From a virus (taxonomy: Duplodnaviria; Caudoviricetes): a stretch of DNA of 64,000 nucleotides. Where the stretch lies: the IMG/VR virus record IMGVR_UViG_3300037067_014608; one strand, given 5' to 3'. How positions within the stretch are numbered: position 1 is the stretch's first letter; each line of letters begins with the position of its first letter. Positions 37,701-49,700 of this stretch are shown piece after piece. Under the pieces are notes generated by a model. That model worked only from the letters and a program-made list of their open reading frames with translations, ran no database searches and was not told the origin of the DNA. Both the position numbers and the translations under genes were made by a program.

Positions 37701-40700
37701 ATGAGTTCTGGCCGTAGCCATTGAATTGGATCGCTAACGGTGCATATCCCTCAGTTTCATTACTTGTAAACGTACTTGTTGTGTGGTTATATACTGTTAT
37801 GAAGTCTGAAACGGTTGTTGTATTTGTTGTAAATAAACTTCTTGCTGTTTGTGATACCGTGAAATTTCCACCAGTCATGTACGTATGCGTTGCATTCTGC
37901 GTGTTTGCGTAATTGCCATCCCCGAATGACCAGTTCCACGAGGTTGCGTTGTCTTTTGGAGTGGTTACGTTAAACATAACCGTTAATGGGTAAAGACCGT
38001 CCGTTATATTTGCTGTGAACCCGGTTCTTGTCTGGTTCTTTACATCAACATATTGATATTTCGTTGTAGAACTGTATCCTCCATGCTCGTTCTGGACGAT
38101 CCTTGTTATCGTGTAATTTGATCCTGTATTATAAGTATGCGTTGCATTTTGTGTGTCGGCGTAATTGCCATCACCGAACGACCAATTCCACATTGTGCCG
38201 TTATCGTTTATAACACTGCTATTGAATTGAACCGTTAAGGGGAACACACCAAAGGTTGTGTTTGCATAGAAGTTCGAGGTGGTTTGGTTATAGATCGTAA
38301 CGTAATCGACTTTTGTAGATGTGTTTGATCCTCCGAGGTTCGTTGTTGTTAAACTAACGGTGTAATTTCCACCCGACCGATAAGTATGCGTTGCGTTGTG
38401 CGTGGTTCCATTCTGCCAATTGCCGTCTCCAAACGACCAGTTCCAACTTTCAATGGTGTATCCTGTCGAGTCTTCAATAAAGGTTATTGTTACCGGGTTA
38501 ATTCCACTTAATGGGGTTAAGTTGGTAAAGTTTGTAATCGGCGGTTCGATTGCGTTTGCTGTAATGTAATCCGATACGTTCGTCCAATTCGTATAATACG
38601 GGTTGGTTACACTGAAGTTAACACTGAACGTTCCTACGTCCCGGTAAGTATGGACTGGGTTTTGTTCACTGCTTGTATACCCGTCTCCGAATATCCATAA
38701 GTATAACGACCCGTTTGTTCCAGAACCATTAAACTGGATCGCTAACGGTACTAATCCAGACGTGGCATTGCTTGTGAAATTTGAAGTTGTCTGGTTATAT
38801 ACGGTAATGTAATTCGTGCGGGTGGTTGCGCTATATCCCCCGTGCTCGTTCTGGACAACCCTGATAATTGTGAATGAACCTCCGGAGTCAAATATGTGTG
38901 TTATGTTCTGCGTTGATTCGTTATCCCAATCTACACCACCATTGAACGACCAATTCCATGTTGTGCCGTTATCATTGACAACTGTTGTGTTGAACTGAAC
39001 GGCTAATGGATATGTTCCTGCTGTTGTAGTATTCGCTGAGAACCCGGATGACGTTGTGTTATATATAGTGATATAATCCGGAACGGTTAATGTTGTATCG
39101 CCACCACGGTTAGTTGCGATTAAACTAACGGTGAAATTTCCGCCACGAGTATAAATATGGATCGGGTTTTTGTTTGTTGAATATGTATCGTCACCGAAAC
39201 TCCAATTCCACTGGAGGAGATCTTCACCTGTTGTTGTATCTGTAAACTGGATGGCTGTTGGGAACAAACCTGTAGTCACGTTGCTTGTGAAATTCGTATT
39301 TGGTGCTGGAACCAATGCCGCTCGTATATAATCTGTCCAGTTCGTCCAGTTCGTCCAGTGCCCGTTAGAGACACTGAAATTAACGGTATAATTACCGACA
39401 TCAACATACGTGTGAACTGGATTTAATATGGTTGCGTTTGAACCGTCACCGAACAGCCAATAGAAGATCGTTCCGTTTGTATGAACTCCTGTGAACTGGA
39501 CGGTTAATGGCGCATTTCCTGTTGTAACGTTACTTGTAATTTTTGATGTGGTTTTGTTGTAAACTGTGATGTAATAATTCTTAGTATTCGTGTTTGATCC
39601 ACCTATATTTGTAATATTCAAACTGACTGTGTAACTCCCACCCGTATAATAGATGTGACTTGCATTCTGCATGTTTGAATATTGACCGTCACCAAACGAC
39701 CAGTTCCAGCTCTGGACGAGAGGTGCGTTCGACATATCTACAAACTGTACGCCCAATGGGTACAATCCTTCTGTTGGAGTCCCGTTGAATTCCGTTGCCG
39801 GAATCGGAACTGAATATGCGTGGATGTACTCCGTTACATTCGTCCAGTTCGTCCAATAATCATTACTTGCTGAGAAATTAATTGTATAGTTACCCAATAC
39901 TTCATAAACGTGTTCTGGTGTTTGTAAATCTGAATACGTTCCATCTCCGAATGACCAGTTATATCTTGTTGCGTTTGAACCTGAACCCGTGAAATTTACC
40001 GCTAATGGGATATACCCTTCAGTTACGTTGCTGACAAAGATACTGCTTGTTCGGTTATATATCGTGATATAATCCGGTAAAATTGTAAGATTATATCCTC
40101 CATGCGTGTTTTGAACGGATCTATATATTGTATAATTCCCACCAGATGCAAAGGTATGACTTGTATTCTGAGCACTTGTATTCTGCCATGTGTATCCTCC
40201 GTCAAACGAATAGTTCCACATTGTACCGTTATCGTTTACAACACTTGTATTGAACTGGACGGTCAATGGGAATACTCCTGTCCTCGGAGTTCCGATGAAA
40301 CCCGAGGTTGTGCGGTTATATACGGTAATGTAATCCGTTAAAATCGTCTGGTTATACCCCCCGAGCGGGTTCTGGACGGTTCTGATAATGGTATATGTTC
40401 CACCATTTCCAAATACGTAGGATACGTTTTGCGTACTTGCATTTAACCAGACTTTTCCGCCATCGAAAGACCAATTCCAATATGTGCCGTTATCGTCAAC
40501 AACGGTTGTATTAAACTGGACAGCTAATGGGAATAACCCCACCGTATTATTTGCACTGAATCCCGATACGGTTTGTGCGTTTACTGTGATGTAATCGGTT
40601 AATGTTGTGCTGTTTGTCCAATACGGGTTACTTGCATACTCGGTTACTGTATACACTCCTGATGTCCCATACGTGTGTGTTACGTTCTGACTCGTGCCAT

Positions 40701-43700
40701 TCTGCCATAATCCATCTCCGAACGACCAGTTCCACCACGTCGCATTGTCTTTTGGAGTGGTTACGTTAAACCTTGCTGTGAATGGGAATATTCCTGAAGT
40801 TTTATTCGCCGTGAATCCTGTAAGGGTCTGGTTATATACTGTGATGTAATTGATTTTTGTGGTCTTGTTAAATCCACCGTCGTTAGTAACATTATACGTT
40901 ACGGAATATTTTCCTCCTGCATTGTAGATGTGAGTTGAATTCCGTGTATCTGCATAGTTACCATCGCCGAACGACCAGTTCCATGCCAGCTCTACTCCAG
41001 ATGAACTATCCGTAAAGTTAACTGCTAATGGATATGCGCCATACGTAACATTGCTTGTGAAATCGATAATTGGCGGATCGTTCAATACCGTGATCGTCTT
41101 GTTTGTTACATTAAAGACCGATCTGTTCTGCCATATTGAAATGTTATCATACAGGTCATATACTCCCGGAACAGTATACTTGAATATTACTGTCTTTGCT
41201 GTCCCGTTCGTGAAGTTTCCGTCTCCCCACGACCAGTTCCAGATGTTTGGATATGCTCCGTACGATGAACTGTCATCAGTAACACTTACATATGAATTAA
41301 TGTAAACCCTTGTTGCATTGACGGTAAAGTTCGGGATTAATACCCACGGTTCAATGATTGTTACACGGTCATCAAAGTAATTAAACGGATAGGTTATATG
41401 GGTTGTTCCGTTGATTAAATATCCATAATTATAAATTGATGTGTAATTCGGTGCATCAGTGTAATTCCAATATAATACCGGGATATCGGCAATTGAAATA
41501 TCGTTCGTTCCTGCTGAGAACCCTCCGGGTCTTGTCAGGTTAAACAACACAATTCCATTGACTTTATCAACAGTGTATGATACGACCTGAATGTTATTGT
41601 AATATGACGTGTTCGGAATTACTGTGCTTACATAGCCGTGTTTTGCATCATAACTTGTTGACCCCACAACGTATGTAGCATTTGTCACGTTCTTAATGTT
41701 AATTGTACGATAGGTTACCCCTCCGTTTGTCTGGTTTGCTATTGATATAACTGGTAAATCAAACTTTAATGTAGAGTCTGGGTTAATGTCCGGATATAAT
41801 GGCATTAATTCTCCACGATACATTGAATAGGGGGTTGTAAAGTTTGCATTCCATCTTGCTGCAATTGGCGCAAACCCTATACTCATTCTTGTTTCTTGGA
41901 GGTGTCCATTGAATTGGGATGTCGCACCACCGTATGGCATATACCCTATTGAAACGGTTGAGGATGTATCAAACGTTCCGCCGAGTCCCGTCTTTGTTGT
42001 TACCAGTTGCCCGTTAATGTAAACATAGATCGTTCCGATCTTTCTTTCAATAACTACATGTGTCCATTGGTTATTTGGAATGGTAAATGCTGATGTTGAA
42101 TTAACAGAACTGTTACCCATGTAGAAGACGTATCCGTTCTCGGTTCCACTCGGGTTAATTAAACCCCATCCAGATCTGTAACTTGCATTCGGGGCGTTTG
42201 ATATAATCTGTGAACCTGCGCTGACTGAAAGCGGGTATACCCATCCCTCAACGGTGAAATTCTTGCTGTTCAATAACGCTACCGGTAAGGTATTTCCTAA
42301 ATATGCCTGATACCCGGTGAAATCTCCGGAACCGTTACCGAAATAACCGTGTGTTGAATTTATCGTTGCGTTTGAGACAACCCATGTAAGGCCACCATGA
42401 TCTTGGAATGCATAATCATCCGTTGTACCCATGTGCATCCATGAGAACACATACGAGTCTACATCTGATTGTAAGGTTATATATCCAGTTTTGTTTGTTG
42501 AGTTTGCCCCACCGTTGTTTGATGCCCATAATGATACGTCGTATGATCCTGCAACAGCATATGTATACACCGGGTTCTTTGCTGAAATGTTTGTACCGTT
42601 ATACCATCGTCCATCACCGAATGACCAGTTCCACATCGATGGTGCACCTGCACTTGAATCGTTGAACTGGACTACCATCGGATATGTTGATGCTGTCGTT
42701 TTATTTGATGTAAAATCTACAACTGGAACGCCCGTGTAGATCTGTATGTAATCTACTATTGTTGTAGTGTTTGTGGCGTGCGTGTTGTTTGCAGTCTCTG
42801 AAACGGTATAGTTTCCAGCAACATTGTAGGTATGCGTTGCATTTTGCGTATTTGCATAATCTCCGTCTCCGAACGACCAGTTCCAAGACGTTGCATTATC
42901 AATGGGTGTCGTCACATTGAACATTACGGTTAATGGGAAACTACCTTCTGTTACATTCGCTGTAAATCCGGTTACTGTTGAATTATAGACTTCAATATAA
43001 TTTGTTAACGTGGTTGTATTTGATGCATAGGTATTGCTTGTGGTTAATGTTACTGTATATCTTCCACCATTTCCATAAACATAACTTGCATTCTGTAATT
43101 CTGTACTGTTTTGGAAATTCCCATCACCGAACGACCAGTTCCACATTGTGGCATTATCGTTAGGGATAGTTACGTTGAACGACACCGCCAGCGGGAATAA
43201 CCCAAAGGTTTTGTTACCACTAAATCCTGATATTGTCCGGTTATGCACGCTAATATAATCTGAATATGTTACTATGTTGGTTGCATTCGGGTTGCTTGCA
43301 TACTCGGTTACTGTATATAATCCACCGTTGCCATAGACGTGAGTTACATTCTGTGTTGTACCGTTCTGCCACGCACCGTCTCCGAATGACCAGTTCCAGA
43401 ACGTCGCGTTGTCATGCGGGAGGGTTACATTGAATTTAACCGCCATCGGTGCTAATCCATCGGTTACATTTGCCTCAAACCCTACTACCGTTGAATTGTC
43501 AACTATAATGTAATTCGTTCTTGTTGAGGTGTTTGAACTACCGGCATTTGCTACTGTTTGGATTACTGTATATGTTCCACCAGATGCGTATATATGAACC
43601 GGGTTTTGTTCATCACTGTACTGACCGTCACCAAACGAATAATTCCAATAATTTATTTCTATTCCTGTTGACGCATCAATAAATCCTACTACTAATGGGA

Positions 43701-46700
43701 ACAAACCCCCAGTTACATTCGCATTAAAGTCGGCTGTCGGGGTTGGGAGATAATATGCATTTATGTAATCAGTCAAATTCGTCCAGTTTGTCCAGTGCCC
43801 GTTGCTTGTTGAGAAATTGATTGTATATACTCCCACATCAGGATATATATAAATTGGTGATTGTTCATCTGAATAATTACCATCTCCGAACGACCAGTTC
43901 CAAATCGTTGCATTTTCTCCTGCCCCTGTAAACTGAACTGCTAATGAAGCGTATCCTGAAGTTACATTACTCGTGATATTTGAGGTTGTCTTGCTATATA
44001 TTGTAATATAATCAATAATTGTTGTAGTATTATTTGCATAAAGATTGTTCGAAATTTCAGTTACCGTATAAATTCCACCAGTACCATACAGGTGGGTTAC
44101 ATTTTGGGATGTGCCGTTCTGCCATATACCATCACCAAACGACCAGTTCCAGAAGGTCGCATTATCTTTTGGAGTGGTTACATTAAATTTAATTGCTGAC
44201 GGTTCTAAACCTGCGGTTATATTTGCTGTGAATCCTGTTACTGTTGTATTGTATACATTCACATATCCGCGTTTATAAGACAGCCCTCCGGAATTTATAA
44301 CAGATAAATTAACCGTAAAGTTTCCACCGGTGTTATATGTGTGCGTTGTGTTTCGGCTATCTGCATAGTTCCCGTCTCCGAAAGACCAGTTCCAATATAA
44401 TGCCTCTCCACCGGTTGTTGAATTATCAAGAAATTCTACAGTTACTGGGAATACTCCGCTTGTCACATTCTGTGTGAAATTAGCTACCGGGGCAACATCT
44501 GTAACATTAATATAATTTGTAAATGTCGTTGTATTTATAATACTGCTGTTTTGCCACATATACACAGTTAATGTGACATTCATTAATCCTTGTGTAGTAT
44601 ATTGGTGGACTGGTGATGATGAGTTTGTCGAATCTACTGCCCCATCACCGAAACTCCAGTTCCAACTATTTGGCATCGCGCCGTGCAGATACGAATCGTC
44701 TGTGAATTTGGCATATCCTCCTTTTTGGACGCTTGTTACATTTGAGGTGAAATTACTTGTCAGATTCCATTCTCCATACGTAAGATTAGTCCCAATGAAA
44801 TTATATATCGGATACGTCCATCCAATAGATCCGTTAATTAATCTACCATATGTGAAAAATGGCGAGTCTTGCGTGTCGTTTGCAGAGTAGTTGTAGTATA
44901 TCATATTCCAATCTACTACACTTGTTCTTGTTGTACCCGGAGCGAAACCTCCCGTTCTTGTAACGTTGAACTGAATTACACCGGTATTATTATCAATACT
45001 TGAACTTACCAGTTGAATATTATTATATGTTGTGCGGTTTGGTACAACTGCCGTCGCTCTTAAGTATAATGGATTAAATGTGATTGAACCTGCAATATAT
45101 GTTGCATTATTAACATTCTGTATTTGGAGTGTTCGGTTGCGACTACCTGTTGTTAAATTATTAATATATGCGACCGGGTATGCTGCCGGATCGGTCTTAA
45201 ACCTAAATGTCGAGTTCAGATTAATATCCGGATATAATGGATATAAATTGCCTTTATATGCATCATATGGTGTGGTGAAGTTGGCCTTCCATCGTGAAGT
45301 TCCATTACTAATACGGAATTCACTTACATATCCAGACCATTTTTCAGAAGAACCGGGGCCGAGATATCCAATCTGTGTTGTCGCATTGTACACATCAAAA
45401 TTACCGCCCATTCCAATCTTTTTTGCATTTAACATACCATTGATATATACATTAATTACACCGTTGTCTCTTTCGACAACAACATGTGACCATTGATTAT
45501 CAGGTATTGCAAATAAGGGTGTTATATTTGCAGTTGTACCCATGTAAAATGCATAGTGATTTGCATTACCATCGGTATTTATCAATCCCCATCCGTTGCT
45601 TAATGATTGGTTAGCTCTTGTGACTAACGGGGCAAGTGGTGTGTGTCCTGTTGGGTATGCCCATAACTCAATTGTAAAGTCATTTGCACTGAAGTTCAAT
45701 GTTGCATAGGATTGGCGGTAAATACTTGATCCTTCAGCAGTAAAGTCACCAACCCCATTTCCGAATTTTGTTGGACTTGCACCAATTGTGGCATTATTAA
45801 CTGTCCATGTTAATCCCGTTAAATCTTGGAATGGAGTGAGTGACTGGTTCATGTGCATCCATGAAACCACACCAGAATCTACATCTGATGTCAGATTAAT
45901 AAAATCGTTTTTAGTTATATCACCTGACTGGTATGATGCATTTGTAACAGATAGTTGAACCGTATATCTTCCTGCAACTGCATATGTATACACAGGATTT
46001 TTCGCAGAACTGTTTGTACCATTATACCATCTTCCATCACCGAAACTCCAGTTCCAATATATTGGATTGCCTGATGAGGAATCGTTGAATTGGACTACCA
46101 TTGGGTATGTATTAGATATTGTGTTATTTGCTTTGAAATTGGCAACTACGGTTGTTGGTGTGAGGAATTGGACTATAACTACACCGGAACCTCCTGCTCC
46201 GCTGGAAAAGAATCCTCCATAACTACCACCCCCACCCCCACCTGTATTTGCTATTCCATTTGTTGGAGCGGTTGTTGAATTAAATGCTCCTGCACCTCCT
46301 CCACCAAGTCCTCCTCTTGATGCAGCAAACGCTCGACCTCCTCCTCCTCCACCTGCGTAATAAATTTGACTTCCGTTAATTGTGTATACTGTACCGTTAG
46401 CTCCAAGTGCAGTTGTTGCCGTTTCTCCTTTTCCACCACCGCCGCCACCATCGTTTGGTGATTGGAATGCTGCACCTGCATTACCCTGACCTGTTGTTCC
46501 TGTACCTGCCGTACCTGAGCTGTATCCCCCACCCCCACCAGAACCTCCGGGTTGCCCGTTTGAACTAACTCCACCAGCACCACCGCCACCACCACCTCTC
46601 GCTTGGATGCCATCTAATAGAGTTGTATTGGCAAATGATGAATTACCACCGTTTGCTCCTATTGATGGAGAACTGCTTGAAACACCACCAGATCCTACAA

Positions 46701-49700
46701 CTACATTAAGGTCTGTTCCTGCTGTCACTGCGTAATCTAAACCGTAAAGTACACCTCCAGCTCCTCCTCCACCCGCACCTGAATATGAAGTTAAACTATT
46801 ACCTCCAGCACCTCCTCCTGCAACCACTAAATAATTAACACTTGTAATCCCACCCATTACCGTCCATGTTGTACCCCCTGTGGCATTCCACATGATATCG
46901 GTCATTGTATCATTATAACTAGTCCAATATCCATTCTCGTTGTATTCCCACGGCGTGAAGAAGGCGGGATTAAATGATACATTGATCAATGTAGCGTTTG
47001 TTGTACTGTTTTCACCTGCACTAGTTATTGCTGTTAAAGTCACTGACCAGTTACCAATCGGGAACGGGTATGTTACATTTTGTAATGTACTAATTGTTAC
47101 TGGGGTGTTATTTCCAGTTACATTTGTTATGTTCCATACCCACGATGTTGGGTAATTTGTTGAGGTATCATTTAACAGGACATAATATGGGGCATATCCA
47201 CTTGTATTATTTATCGTGAACGATACGATTGGTATTTGTGGTGGAACGGGAGTATATTGGATTATGACAATACCTGATCCGCCCCCTGTTCCTTGTGGAT
47301 TTAAGTATTCATAGTCTCCACCTCCACCTCCTCCTCCACCGGTTCCCGGCACACCGGGATCTGTTGGGTTATGTGAATTTGTGTATGGCCCCCATCCCCC
47401 TGCTGCACCGCCGCCGAGTCCACCTTGTGCTTGAGTTGATGATGGTGTATTACCAGCTCCACCACCTGCATAATAAGTCAAAGTTCCGGTTATTGCTGAC
47501 TGTCTTCCAATACCTCCTGTAGAATTGACCGCAGATGCACCGGCACCACCCCCACCCCCATCTGGATAACCATTATTACCTTGACCTGCTACCCCAATAC
47601 CTCCTGCACCACCACGACCGCCTCCGCCTCCAGATCCTCCGTTGTGACCTGCTAACGCACTGCCACCGGCCATGTTATAGGCACCGGCACCCCCTCCTTT
47701 TGCATTAATACCATTCCCCACGGTTGTATTTGCAAATGACGAGTTACTTCCATCAGTCCCGTAGTTATTGTAATATCCGCCAGCTCCACCACTACCGACT
47801 GCGATAATTACATTTGTTCCCGGACTAACCGTGTAATTGCCTGTGAGCATACCCCCAGCTCCACCGCCACCACCACGGTTTCCACCACCCCCACCTCCTC
47901 CTGCAACTACAAGGTAATTCACTTCCGTAATTCTATCCGGGATTGTCCATGTTATTTTACCTGTGGCATTCCACATTACATTGATCATGGTATCATTATA
48001 ACTAGTCCAACACCCATTACTATATACCCACTGTGAGAAAAATTTTGGATCGCGGGTTACATTTATGAAATAACTAGTTGTATTTGACCCCACGATATTT
48101 GATGTGTTTAATTGGACTGACCAGTTACCAATATCAAATATCATGGTTGTGTTTTGTGAAGTGCTGATAGTAATTGGAGTGTTGTTTCCAGTTACATTTG
48201 TTATATTCCATTCCCATGATGTGGGATAATTTGTTGATGTATCATTAAAAACAACATATAATGGCGCATATCCGCCAGTAGCATTAGTACTTGAGAAGTT
48301 AGCAACCGGGGCTGGTGCTCGCGCAGAAGTATTAATCCATATTGGTGTAGAAATATTGCTTCCTGCCACGTTTGTGACATTAAGAGATATACTAAAATTA
48401 CCTATACCAAATATTTGTGTGATATTTTGTGAAATACTGAACGTCACTGGTGTATTATTACCTGTTACATTTGTAAAATTCCATTCCCAAGAGGTTGGAT
48501 TATTTTCTGACGTGTCGTTAAACTGAATGGTTATTGGAGCGTATCCCTCCGTGTTGTTAGTGGTGAACGATACGATTGGTATTTCCGGAGTATATTGAAG
48601 TATAACGATACCAGATCCACCCGCAGATCCTTGTGGGGTTACGTATTGATAGTCTCCTCCTGCACCACCACCTCCACCAGTTCCCGGCACACCGGGAGAG
48701 GTCGGGTTGATCTCTCCATTAATTCCATACGCCCCCGAAGCACCCCCTCCAAGCCCACCGGCATATGGGACTGCACTTTTCCGGAGACTCGCTCCACCAC
48801 CAGCGTAATATGTGTCAACTCCCGTTATCGATGATGTTCTCCCATTACCTCCGGGGCCGATACCTACACTAGCCGCACCTGCACCACCACCAGACCCACC
48901 AAATCCCGCAGATCCACTACCATTGTTGCCCTGTCCGGGCACTCCTAACCCTCCTGTGCCCCCACGTGCACCGCCTCCACCAGATCCCCCGTTGTGACCA
49001 CTCGATGCCCCGCCAGCGGCGTTGTTAAATCCACCCCCCCCACCACCTTTCGCATTAACTCCATCCCCCACGGTTGTATTTGCAAATGACGAGTTACTTC
49101 CATCAATTCCGTAATTATTGTAATATCCGCCAGCTCCACCACTACCGACTGCGATAATTACATTTGTTCCCGGACTAACCGTGTAATTGCCTGTGAGCAT
49201 ACCCCCAGCTCCACCGCCACCACCACGGTTTCCACCACCCCCACCTCCTCCTGCAACTACTAAATAATTTACATTCGTAATTCTATCTGGTATTGTCCAT
49301 GACGTTTTACCTGTGGCATTCCACATTACATTGATCACGGTATCATTATAACTAGTCCAGCACCCGTTACTATAAACCCACGGTGAAAATATTAAAGATG
49401 GATTAAAAGACACATTTACGAATTGTGATCCGTTTGTAATATTAGGTCTACCATAATTTATTGCTGTTAATGTCACTGACCAATTTCCTATTGGGAATAT
49501 GTATGTTATATTTTGTGATGTGCTGATTGTGATTGGAGTGTTGTTTCCAGTTACATTTGTTATATTCCATATCCATCTTATTGGTGTATTCGTTGACGTA
49601 TCATTTAACTGTACCGCTAATGGATAATATCCCGAGGTTACATTGTTTGTAAATGAAGATACTGGAGTTTCAATTGCATCGTTATTAAATTGGATAATAA

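Noticed and set aside
47716-49260. Diversity-generating retroelement TR/VR pair
   Set aside because: Mismatches are not adenine-specific, both copies are coding, and no reverse transcriptase in the window
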